Of a stretch of 64,000 nt of DNA, positions 9,037 through 18,703 are shown one piece after another. The notes beneath the pieces were generated by a model. That model did not search any database and had not been told where the DNA came from. It was given only the letters and a program-made list of their open reading frames with translations. This DNA is from Gemmatimonadota bacterium. Its GTDB lineage: Bacteria; Gemmatimonadota; Gemmatimonadetes; Gemmatimonadales; GWC2-71-9. The DNA lies in the NCBI GenBank assembly GCA_003222085.1, contig QHUK01000010.1, positions 67,688 through 131,687 on the forward strand. Direction: 5' to 3'. The number at the start of each line of letters is the position of its first letter. Positions within the stretch are counted from its first letter, which is position 1. Position numbers and translations under genes: made by a program.

Positions 9037-10027
9037 GTGCCAGGGCCTCTTCCACGATCCGCTGGATGAAGGCGTTGTAGCTCATGCCGGCCTTCTCGGC
9101 CGCGTCCGCCATCTCGTTCTCCTGTGCGAGAAACGGGTTGGGGTTGACCTCCAGGACGTAGACGGCGTCGTCATGCGTCAGCCGCAGGTCCACGCGTCCA
9201 TAGTCGTGGAGCCACAACGCGTGGAACGCCGTGGTGCAGGTATCGGCGATCTTGACCGCGACCTCGTCCGACAGCCCCTTCGCAAACACGTTCTTGATCT
9301 TCTTTCGCTTGCGGTACTCTTCGTCCCACTTGGCCTTGTACGTCGCGATGCGATGCTCGCCGTCGGACTCGCCGAACGTCAGCTCGACGATCGGCAGGAC
9401 CTGAAGGGTGTCGTTGCCGATCAGCCCGACGTACAGCTCCCGTCCCTCGATCAGCTCTTCGACGATCGCCGCCTGGTGGAACTTCTCGTGAATGAACTTC
9501 ACCCGTACCCCGAGGTCTTCGTCGTCCTTCACCACCGAGGCCTGCGCGATGCCCACGGAGGCGTCCTCCAAGAGCGGCTTCACGATGAGCGGGAACCGCA
9601 GCTCCGACGGACGCACGGGCTTCTCCCCCGGACGAAACTCGGCGAACGCCGGCACGCGGATCTCGTGGTGCGCGAGGATCTTCTTGGTGAGCGACTTGTT
9701 GCGCGCGACCAGCAACCCCGTCGGAGACGAGCCCGTGTAGCGATAGCCGTGCATCTCCAGCACCGTCGCGAGCGCGTACTCGTGCCGGGCGTGCCCGCGG
9801 AACGACTCGCAGCCGTTGAAGACGAGCTTTGGCTGGAACTTGGCCAACCGCTCGAGCACCGGCGCCAACTGGTCGGCGACGCCGACCATCAGCACGTCGT
9901 GTTCCTGGGACATCAGTGCCCGGGCCACGTCGTACTCCGCCTCCTCGACCTTCGCCTCGACTTCCTTCTTGTAGTCGGCGTCCTCCCAGTCGGGATGCAG
10001 CGTGTCGAACACGACGGCGATCTTCAC
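9023..10027 (-). CDS. D-alanine--D-alanine ligase family ATP-grasp enzyme
   Basis: GTG at 10027 follows a GGGGGAGGGG SD-like run. FPLIVKP, EELIEGRELYVG and VLEVNPNP blocks. The 3' end overlaps the next gene by 14 nt. Confidence 0.85.
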   Translation of the reverse strand: MKIAVVFDTLHPDWEDADYKKEVEAKVEEAEYDVARALMSQEHDVLMVGVADQLAPVLERLAKFQPKLVFNGCESFRGHARHEYALATVLEMHGYRYTGSSPTGLLVARNKSLTKKILAHHEIRVPAFAEFRPGEKPVRPSELRFPLIVKPLLEDASVGIAQASVVKDDEDLGVRVKFIHEKFHQAAIVEELIEGRELYVGLIGNDTLQVLPIVELTFGESDGEHRIATYKAKWDEEYRKRKKIKNVFAKGLSDEVAVKIADTCTTAFHALWLHDYGRVDLRLTHDDAVYVLEVNPNPFLAQENEMADAAEKAGMSYNAFIQRIVEEALARGAT

Positions 10028-10046
10028 CGGGCCCCTCCCCCACCCC

Positions 10047-10150
10047 GAACGCGGAACGGGGAACGCGGAATGCGGAACAGAAGGGTAAGGTCGCTCGCAG
10101 CATGACGCTCCCCCCCATGTTCCGCGTTCCGCGTTCCGCCTTCCGCGTTC
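10047..10150. repeat. large imperfect hairpin with arms made of tandem GAACGCG-type heptamers
   Basis: Arm 10047-10078 pairs with arm 10119-10150 at 29 of 32 positions (aligned by hand), with a 40-nt loop. It lies between the MFS stop and the ATP-grasp start. Confidence 0.85.
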
Positions 10151-11678
10151 ACACCCGCACCCTGGCCATGTCCCGCCCTACCGTAGTGAGTGCAATGAGG
10201 ATGAGGAGTCCCCCCACCGCGCCGGCCGTCGGTAACAGCAGCATCGCGGGCCGGAGGCCGAAGCGGTCGGACAGATATCCGATGAGCGGTGGGGCGATCG
10301 CATCGCCGGCGAGGTGCGAGAACAGCACATAGGCGCCGAGCACCGACGCGCGGACGGCCGCCGGCACGACGTCGAGGATCACGGCCGACAGGGGCCCGTT
10401 ATACCACGAGTAGAGGAAGAACGTCCCGAACAAGAGCGGAACGAAGAGCCGGAGCTCGTCGATCAGGAGCAATGCGGCGCAGACCGGCCCACCGAGCACG
10501 AACCCCGCGCCGGATACGACGACCCGCCCTCCGCTCCACCGCGTCAGCAGCCAGTCCCCCGTCCGGCCGCCGAACAACCCGCCCAGCGCGCCGCCGGCGA
10601 GTCCCCACACGCCGAACTCTCGTCCCACGGCGGCTACCGGAAGCCCATGGGTGCGCTCCAGGAAGCTCGGCGCCCAGGCGATCAAGCCGTTGACGGCGAA
10701 GGTGACGAGCGCGCCCCCCACGAACATCCAGATCAGCGTCGGCGTGCGGAGCACGGTCCCGGCGGCTTGGAGGAAGTCGCCGAATGCCGTGGCCGCGACT
10801 TCGGACGCTTCGGTCGTGCCACGCACGGCCACCGGCACGAGCCGGAGCACCGTCCACACGATGCCGATGCTCACGCAGGCGGCGAACAGCGCGGTATCGA
10901 GACCGCGCGGCAGTCCCTCGATCAGATCGAGCACGCCGGAGAGCGCCGCACCCGCGAGCGTCAGCCAGATGAGCGGCGTGCCGAGTCGCAGCCCTTCGCG
11001 GGCGCCCACACGACCGCGCGCGTACCAGCTCTCCACGGTGGCCCGGATCGTCGGGGGCGGACGGCGGCGCGGCTCGCGCAGGCGGGAGGCGAGCAATGCG
11101 AAGAGAAAGCCGGGGACGCCGAGGGCGACGAAGGCGGCGCGCCAGCCGTACCGCCCCGCGAGGACGCCACCCAGCCAGATCCCGAGCACGCCACCGAACG
11201 CCATCCCTACGGAGTAGATCCCGAGCGCAAACGCGCGGCGCTTGCCCTGGAAGAATTCGGCGAGCAACGCCTGAGCCGCCGGCCCGTAGCCCGCCTCCCC
11301 CACGCCCACCAGCGAGCGGCACATCAGTAGCTGCCAGAAACGGCTCACCGTCGCGCCCAGCGCCGTGAAGGCGCTCCACAGCCCCACGCCGAACGCGATC
11401 ACGGCGCGCCGGGACTTCAAGTCCCCGAGCACCCCGAGCGGTAGCGCTGCGAGCGAGAGGACGATCACGTAGGCGGACCCAAGCCAGCCGAGCTGCTGGT
11501 CTGACAGGACGAGCTCCCGCTTGATCGGCTCGAACAGCGCGAAAACGACGTTCCGGTCCGTGTAGTTGAGGAGATTGATGAGCGTCAAGAGCCCCAGGGC
11601 GTACGCCGCGTAAGCCCGGGACGTGCCCGTGGGAGGGGGGGCGCCGAGGGCGCCACGCTCAGTGTCTGCGCCCGACAG
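10149..11678 (-). CDS. MFS transporter (Spinster-like N-terminus; start uncertain)
   Basis: 12-TM-like hydrophobic pattern. The first canonical start (TTG 11588) falls inside predicted TM1. CTG at 11678 has GGAGG 6 nt upstream. Confidence 0.75.
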   Translation of the reverse strand: MSGADTERGALGAPPPTGTSRAYAAYALGLLTLINLLNYTDRNVVFALFEPIKRELVLSDQQLGWLGSAYVIVLSLAALPLGVLGDLKSRRAVIAFGVGLWSAFTALGATVSRFWQLLMCRSLVGVGEAGYGPAAQALLAEFFQGKRRAFALGIYSVGMAFGGVLGIWLGGVLAGRYGWRAAFVALGVPGFLFALLASRLREPRRRPPPTIRATVESWYARGRVGAREGLRLGTPLIWLTLAGAALSGVLDLIEGLPRGLDTALFAACVSIGIVWTVLRLVPVAVRGTTEASEVAATAFGDFLQAAGTVLRTPTLIWMFVGGALVTFAVNGLIAWAPSFLERTHGLPVAAVGREFGVWGLAGGALGGLFGGRTGDWLLTRWSGGRVVVSGAGFVLGGPVCAALLLIDELRLFVPLLFGTFFLYSWYNGPLSAVILDVVPAAVRASVLGAYVLFSHLAGDAIAPPLIGYLSDRFGLRPAMLLLPTAGAVGGLLILIALTTVGRDMARVRV

Positions 11679-12798
11679 TCGTCGCCTCCGCGCGCGCGTC
11701 GCGGTCCGCCTTCGCCTCCTGGTACGCCTCGGTGAGTTGCCGCATCATCTCCTCGCGCCGGTCGTACAGTCGCTTGAGCCGCCGCTTCTTGCGTTTGGCC
11801 AGCGCGTATGCGGCGAGGATGGGGAAGCCGACGGTATTGTCGAGATAGCACACCACCGTGCCGGGCAGCTTGTCGGGGTCCACCTTCCCCCAGCTCACGG
11901 CTTCGGCCGGCGTCGCCCCGGACAGGCCGCCCGTATCGGCGCGGGCGTCGGTCATCTGGAGGTAGTAGTCATGCCCCTTCTCGCTGATGCCCAGCACCTC
12001 CTGGATCTGCGGCTCCGTCTGCAGCACGAAGTTCTTCGGGCTGCCGCCGCCGATGATCAGGATGCCGCTCTTGCCCCCGTGCGTCTTGGCGTCGAAGACG
12101 ATCGCCGAGGTCTCGTTCACGTCCGCGCTGGGGTCGAAGCGCAGCTGCGATCCGGTGAGCGCCTGCTCGGCCACGTTCATCCCGATGGACGAGTCCCCCG
12201 GGGACGACGTGTACATCGGCACGGCGCACTGATGCGCCACGCCGAGCACCGATTTTCGCGAGATCCCCAGCGCCTTCTCGCGCTCGAGGATGTAACCGCC
12301 CAACAGGTAGTGGTACTCCGCCGTGCTCATGGGGCGCTGGAACTCCGGAGCCGCGGACACTTCCCGGATGTAGGCGTCGGTCGACAGGAGCACCTCGTAG
12401 TCGAAGAAGATGTCGTAGATGCGAACGACACCCTGCTCGCGCAGCTCGACGTCGTCTGCGAAGGGCGTCCCCCGGTGCATCGTCAAGCCCAACCCGAAGT
12501 GCGCGTCGTGATACAGGTTCGCACCGGTCGAGACGATCCAATCGATGAACCCCGCCTCGAGGACCGGAATGATCGTCGACATCCCGAGTCCTGCGGGCGT
12601 CATGGCGCCGGTGAGGCTCATGCCGACGGTGACGTCGTCTTCGAGCATCAGCTCCGTGAACAAGCGGCACCCGTCGGCGAGGCGGCCCGCGTTGTAGGCG
12701 AGGAAGGCATTGTCTACCAGCTCGGGGACGGTCTCGCGGCCGGTGATGGGCTTCGGATCGATGCGCTGGCCGCGCAAGAAGTCTTTGCGTGTGGTCAT
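11659..12798 (-). CDS. deoxyhypusine synthase-like protein
   Basis: ATG at 12798 after [19 protein letters not shown] and [10 protein letters not shown] blocks are typical of the DHS family fold. Confidence 0.8.
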   Translation of the reverse strand: MTTRKDFLRGQRIDPKPITGRETVPELVDNAFLAYNAGRLADGCRLFTELMLEDDVTVGMSLTGAMTPAGLGMSTIIPVLEAGFIDWIVSTGANLYHDAHFGLGLTMHRGTPFADDVELREQGVVRIYDIFFDYEVLLSTDAYIREVSAAPEFQRPMSTAEYHYLLGGYILEREKALGISRKSVLGVAHQCAVPMYTSSPGDSSIGMNVAEQALTGSQLRFDPSADVNETSAIVFDAKTHGGKSGILIIGGGSPKNFVLQTEPQIQEVLGISEKGHDYYLQMTDARADTGGLSGATPAEAVSWGKVDPDKLPGTVVCYLDNTVGFPILAAYALAKRKKRRLKRLYDRREEMMRQLTEAYQEAKADRDARAEATTVGRRH

Positions 12799-13553
12799 GG
12801 CACCTCCGCGTCGCGTTGAGTCTCGACGGGAAGGGCGATGCTGCGCCGCTCCCGTGCCTGCCGTACCGTCGCGACGGCCTCTCGTGGGCTGTCGGTGACG
12901 GTGAAGAGGCGGAGATCGGTGGTGGCGATCTTGCCCTCCCCCGCCACTCGGTCCCGCAGCCACTCCGCGAGGCCGCCCCAGTATTCCGCTCCGAACAGGA
13001 TCACCGGGAAGTGTTTCACCTTCCCGGTCTGGATCAGCGTAAGCGCCTCGAACAACTCGTCCATCGTCCCGTAACCCCCGGGGAAGACGATGAACGCGGT
13101 CGAGTATTTGACGAACATCGTCTTGCGGACGAAAAAGTAGCGGAAGTTGATCGCGCGCTCGACATACGGATTGAGCCCCTGCTCGAACGGCAGCTCGATG
13201 TTGCAGCCGATCGACAGGCCGTTTCCCTCCTGGGCCCCGCGGTTCGCGGCCTCCATGATCCCCGGGCCGCCTCCCGTGATGATGGGGAATCCCTCCTCCG
13301 CGAGCATGCGCGCGGTTTCCACGGCCCTCTCGTAGTAGGGGTCCTCCGGCTTGGTGCGCGCCGACCCGAACACCGTGACGGCGTTGTAGACGTCGGAGAG
13401 GGTGTCAAACCCTTCGACAAACTCCCCCATGATCCGCAGGACCCGCCACGAATCCGACTTGACGAACGGCCGTCGCTCGCGGGGAACCTGGGCGAGAAGG
13501 CGTTCGTCCTCAGTGACCGGTGTGCCTTGCGAGCCGCTCGAGCGCTGAGACAT
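12795..13553 (-). CDS. LOG family (TIGR00730-type) nucleotide phosphoribohydrolase-like protein
   Basis: [11 protein letters not shown] and [12 protein letters not shown] motifs. The stop overlaps the DHS-like ATG (ATGA). Confidence 0.85.
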   Translation of the reverse strand: MSQRSSGSQGTPVTEDERLLAQVPRERRPFVKSDSWRVLRIMGEFVEGFDTLSDVYNAVTVFGSARTKPEDPYYERAVETARMLAEEGFPIITGGGPGIMEAANRGAQEGNGLSIGCNIELPFEQGLNPYVERAINFRYFFVRKTMFVKYSTAFIVFPGGYGTMDELFEALTLIQTGKVKHFPVILFGAEYWGGLAEWLRDRVAGEGKIATTDLRLFTVTDSPREAVATVRQARERRSIALPVETQRDAEVP

Positions 13554-14691
13554 GGTCGTCCTGCACGTTATAGAAGAAAGGAGAGAGACGGACGTGTCCC
13601 GGTCGGGCGTCCGCGATGATGCGGCCGGCGGCGAGATGTCGCACGCCGGCAGCCGGGTCGGCCGCCGGGAGCATCACAATCGCCGAGCGATCCTCGGCGC
13701 GGGACGCCACCTTGGGCTGGAAGCCGTATTCGCGCGCCCGCGCAACCAGGTCCTCGGTGAGCGCCGACGTCACGCGGCGAATGGCCGGGACGCCGATCTC
13801 GTCGATGTAATCGAGGCCCCCGAGCTGGGCGTAGACCGCTGCCAGCGCCGGGGTCCCGAGCTCGAAGCGCCGGGCGTCGTCGTGCAGCTCGAGCGCGCGG
13901 GGGTCGAAGGCGAACTGGTCCTTGTGCCCGAACCACCCGGCAATGGCCGGTGCGAGCCGCCGCGCGAGCTCGTCACGAACGTACAGCAGCACGATCCCCG
14001 GCCCGCCAAGCAGCCACTTGAGCCCGCCGGCGGTGAGAAAGTCCACGCCCGCGGCCTTCACGTCGACGGGGACCTGTCCCACCGACTGGTAGGCGTCGAC
14101 CAAGGTCAAGGCGCCGCGGGCGCGTGCGACGTCCGCCACGCGCTGGATGTCCTGGATTGCGCCGCTCGTGAAGTACACGTGCGACGTCGCGACGAGGGCG
14201 GTCCGGTCATCCACCGCCCGCGCGATGGCCTCCACCGGCACCGAGACCTGGTCCGGGCTCTCGACCACCACGAGCTCGACGCCACGAGCGCGCTTCGCGA
14301 GCCACTGGTAGGCGACCGTGGGAAAATCGAGCGACGTGACGACGACCCTGGGACGGCGCCGGTAGTCCAGGGCCTCCGCCACCGCGGACAACGCCACCGA
14401 AATGCTGGGCGCGAGGGCGATCTCCTCCGGACTCGCGCCGACGATCCGCGCGTAGCGCGCCCGCAACTCCCCCAGGGCCGCCCACCACACGTCGTACCAG
14501 GCGGCCGCCCCGCGCGCCTGCCACACATCGACGAACTGCGCGATGCGGCGGCGCGCGCGCTCGCCGAGCGCGCCGAGCGAGCAGGTGTTCAAGTACACCG
14601 TCTCCCGAAAGATCGGGAACTCGCTCCGATAGCGGGCGAGGGCGTGAAGCCCGGGGGATGCGCCGGCGTCGAGACCGCTGGCGAGCGTCAT
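13510..14691 (-). CDS. class V aminotransferase-fold PLP enzyme (kynureninase / cysteine-desulfurase-like)
   Basis: 393 aa. YLNTCSLG and TAGGLKWLLGGPG (candidate PLP lysine). The 3' end overlaps the LOG gene by 44 nt. Confidence 0.75.
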   Translation of the reverse strand: MTLASGLDAGASPGLHALARYRSEFPIFRETVYLNTCSLGALGERARRRIAQFVDVWQARGAAAWYDVWWAALGELRARYARIVGASPEEIALAPSISVALSAVAEALDYRRRPRVVVTSLDFPTVAYQWLAKRARGVELVVVESPDQVSVPVEAIARAVDDRTALVATSHVYFTSGAIQDIQRVADVARARGALTLVDAYQSVGQVPVDVKAAGVDFLTAGGLKWLLGGPGIVLLYVRDELARRLAPAIAGWFGHKDQFAFDPRALELHDDARRFELGTPALAAVYAQLGGLDYIDEIGVPAIRRVTSALTEDLVARAREYGFQPKVASRAEDRSAIVMLPAADPAAGVRHLAAGRIIADARPGHVRLSPFFYNVQDDHVSALERLARHTGH

Positions 14692-14752
14692 AGGCGGTCA
14701 ATATACCGAAGGGAAAGCGCGCTGGGCACGCCTCGCGAGTAAATTCACCGGC

Positions 14753-15015
14753 ATGAGCGCCTCCGCCGGCTGGCCGACGCTCGCGGCGCGCCTCGCCCTG
14801 CGGGGCCTCCTGAGCCCGCGGCTCGCGCTCGACCTCGTCCGCCTCACCTGGAGCTTTCGGGCACGCGACTGGTACCGACGCCCACCGTTCCTGCCGCTGC
14901 CGCCGCGCGACTATGTGCGGTGGCGCATGTTCACCGCCTACGGCGACGAGGACGCGGTGCCGCCGCTCGAGGACGTGGTGCGGTTCGCACGATGGCGGCG
15001 AGAGACGATGCACGT

Positions 15016-15019
<4 letters not shown>
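14753..15019 (+). CDS. hypothetical protein (88 aa)
   Basis: Its stop overlaps the queG ATG (ATGA). No family recognised. Confidence 0.5.
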
Positions 15020-16001
<982 letters not shown>

Positions 16002-16005
<4 letters not shown>

Positions 16006-16286
16006 TCGACACGCCCGCGCCGCAGCACGCCCAGGCCGCCGCGATTCAGCACCGGCTGAGCGAGGGCCTCGGCCGGATCGACCCGCATCACCGCCTGCTC
16101 GGACGCCCCGTGGCCTACCGGATCATCGACGGCACGACGCTCGAGATCACGTATCGGGACGTGCCGGGGATCGCGGAGGCGGAGGTACTGGGTGTCAAGC
16201 GCCTGATCGGCGTCGAGTGCTTCTGCACGGTCGCGCCCCAGACCGCGGAAACCGTCCTCGTGCGGTTCGTCGTTTCCCTCAGGTAG
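16002..16286 (+). CDS. hypothetical protein (94 aa)
   Basis: ATG overlaps the queG stop (ATGA). No family recognised. Confidence 0.45.
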
Positions 16287-17160
16287 CCGTCGTCAGCCGT
16301 ATCACCGGGAGCTCGGGAGGGTTCCGCCAGCGGGGGATCCACGCGCTGCCCACGCCCGCCGAGACACACAGCCAGCACTGCCCCACGCGCTTCAGCCCGT
16401 GCAGGTATTTCCGGCCGAACTGCGACGGTGCCGTGATCGGGCCCAGGAGCGGCAGGTGCGCCTGGCCGTTGTGCGTGTGGCCCGATAGCATCACGTCCAC
16501 CCGTAAGCCCGGGGGCAAGTATTCGATGAGATCGGGATTGTGCGAGATGAGCACGCGCGGCACGTCCGGTGCGACGCCGGAGAACGCCTCGTCGGGGCGG
16601 ACGGCTCCGTGAGTGAAGTCGTCCACGCCGCCCACGGCCAGCACCGCCGCTCCGCGACGGATGAGCCGGTGCCGGTTGTGGAGCAACGTCGCGCCGCTGC
16701 GCTCGACCGCGGCACCGACGTCGTCGGGGTCCACCCAGTGGTCGTGGTTCCCCAGCACGGCCACCACGCCGTCGCGCCCGCGGAAGCGCGCCAGGACCCG
16801 CTCGAGGCCGTCCATGTCGCTGCGGGCGTGGCTGACGAAATCGCCGCCCAGCGCCACGAGATCGGTGTCGAGCTCCCGGACCCGGTCGGCCATGCGCTCG
16901 AGCCACCACGTGGGCACGGCGGGACCATGGTGCAGATCCGTGACCAGCGCCAGGCGGTAGCCCACGAACTCGCGGGGGAGGCCCTCCACGGGGACCGCGA
17001 TGTCCGGCGTGTCGAGTCGGGCGCGATCCCAGCGCATGAGCGGACGCGCCAACCGCTCGGCCACCCACCCGAGCGGTTGCTTGGTGAGGCGCTCGAATAG
17101 CGGCGGGCGCCGCTCCCGCGCGGGCGGGTAACGGCGGGGATGGAGGAACAGCCCGATCAC
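16279..17160 (-). CDS. metallophosphoesterase (YkuE-like)
   Basis: DLHHG, GGDFV, GNHDHW and SGHTH motifs. The GTG start overlaps the upstream stop (GTGA). Confidence 0.8.
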   Translation of the reverse strand: MIGLFLHPRRYPPARERRPPLFERLTKQPLGWVAERLARPLMRWDRARLDTPDIAVPVEGLPREFVGYRLALVTDLHHGPAVPTWWLERMADRVRELDTDLVALGGDFVSHARSDMDGLERVLARFRGRDGVVAVLGNHDHWVDPDDVGAAVERSGATLLHNRHRLIRRGAAVLAVGGVDDFTHGAVRPDEAFSGVAPDVPRVLISHNPDLIEYLPPGLRVDVMLSGHTHNGQAHLPLLGPITAPSQFGRKYLHGLKRVGQCWLCVSAGVGSAWIPRWRNPPELPVIRLTTAT

Positions 17161-18656
17161 TTCGCCGCGATGCGCGCGACGACGTCGTACATGAAGTGGA
17201 CCCCGAACGCGAGGTCGTCGAGGCTCACCCGTTCATCGTTGCCGTGCACGCCGCGTGATTCGGCCTGATTCAGCGGAAACGGTGAGATGCCGTAGCTCAC
17301 GATGCCCAGGCGCCGGAAATAGTGACTGTCCGTGAAACCGGCGAGGGGCGGCGTGGTGACGAGCGCGTCGGGCGTGCGCTCGCGCGCTGCGGTCACGATG
17401 GCGCGAAACAGCTCCGTCTCGGTGGGGCTTTCGGTGGCAGGCCAGCTCGGACCCTGTGGCGTGATCTCCACCCCCGAGTCACCCACGACCCGCACGAGGT
17501 CGGCGAGAAACGCTTGCGGCTCCTGGCCCGGCAGGAGCCGGACGTCCAGCGTGGCGCGCGCCAGCGGCGGAATGACGTTCGTCTTGTCACTGCCCTGAAG
17601 CCCGGTGATGGAGATGGTGTTGCGAAGGAGCGCGTTGTAGGTCAGATCGCCGGTGAGGAAGCGAACCGCAGCCGAGTCGCGCAGGGCAGCGCGGACGTCC
17701 GCCAACGCCGCCCGTCGTGCCTGGTCCGTCTCGATGGTCGACAGGTCGCGGAAGTAGCGCTCTACTGCGGGCGTGACGACCAGGGGTGTCTGATAGGCGG
17801 CGATGCGCGACAGGGCCCGCACCAACCGGTGGACAGGATTGTCCGGCGTGGGACGTGACCCGTGGCCCGGGGTGCCGTGCGCCGTCAGGTTCAGCCAGAA
17901 GGGTGACTTTTCCGTCGTGCCCACGCCGTAGTACTCGATCCGCCCGTTCGTATCCGTGCGGATCGTGCCGCCTTCGTTGAGGAGGAACTCGGCGTCCCGC
18001 ACCAGCTCCGGGTGGTGCTCCACGAACCAGCCCGCCCCAACGCCCCCGCCGATTTCTTCGTCCGCCGTCGCGAGGAAGATCACGTCGCGCTTGAGCGGCA
18101 CGCCCGCGCGCTTCAGCGTGAGCAGGCTCAGGAGCTGGGTGATCGCCTCTCCCTTCATGTCGAGCGCACCGCGCCCCCAGAGGTAGCCGTCCTGCACGGC
18201 GCCCAAGAACGGGTCGACTTTCCAGTACTCCGGGCTCGCGAGCACCACGTCCATGTGATTGAGCAGAATGAGGGGCCGGGCGCTGCCGTCTCCCTTGAGA
18301 CGGGCGAACAGGTTTGCCTTCCCTCTTCGGGGCTCGAACACCTCGGCCTCGATCCCTTCACGCGCGAGCACCGCCTTCAGCCAGTTCGCCGTCTGGAGCT
18401 CGTTGCCGGGCGGATTCGTGGTGTTGATCGCGACGTACTGCGACAGCAGGTCCGCCGCCTCGCGGCCGACGGCACGCCATTGGGCATCGGTGCGTGGTAC
18501 GTCCGGCTCGAACTGCCGCGGCGGCAAGAGGACGGGTTGAGATGAGGGGCCGAACAGGCCGGGCTGAGGAGGCGCGGCCGCACGCGGCGGGCGCGCACAG
18601 GCCGCCCCCATCGCCAACGCCAACAACGGTACCAGACGCACGCTACCTCCGGTCAT
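17157..18656 (-). CDS. secreted M20 family metallopeptidase
   Basis: Signal peptide, then NHMDVV, GRGALDMKGE and TADEEIGG. Confidence 0.85.
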   Translation of the reverse strand: MTGGSVRLVPLLALAMGAACARPPRAAAPPQPGLFGPSSQPVLLPPRQFEPDVPRTDAQWRAVGREAADLLSQYVAINTTNPPGNELQTANWLKAVLAREGIEAEVFEPRRGKANLFARLKGDGSARPLILLNHMDVVLASPEYWKVDPFLGAVQDGYLWGRGALDMKGEAITQLLSLLTLKRAGVPLKRDVIFLATADEEIGGGVGAGWFVEHHPELVRDAEFLLNEGGTIRTDTNGRIEYYGVGTTEKSPFWLNLTAHGTPGHGSRPTPDNPVHRLVRALSRIAAYQTPLVVTPAVERYFRDLSTIETDQARRAALADVRAALRDSAAVRFLTGDLTYNALLRNTISITGLQGSDKTNVIPPLARATLDVRLLPGQEPQAFLADLVRVVGDSGVEITPQGPSWPATESPTETELFRAIVTAARERTPDALVTTPPLAGFTDSHYFRRLGIVSYGISPFPLNQAESRGVHGNDERVSLDDLAFGVHFMYDVVARIAAK

Positions 18657-18703
18657 AGACGGGGAACCGGCAAGCTAAGAGCGTGCCGCCCTGGCCGGAA
18701 GGC

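Noticed and set aside
10047-10150. Could the short tandem repeats (10047, 30721, 36834, 39640, 54044) be CRISPR arrays?
   Set aside because: The units are 6-8 nt with no spacers. Arrays are at most 5 units long. No cas genes appear in any frame.
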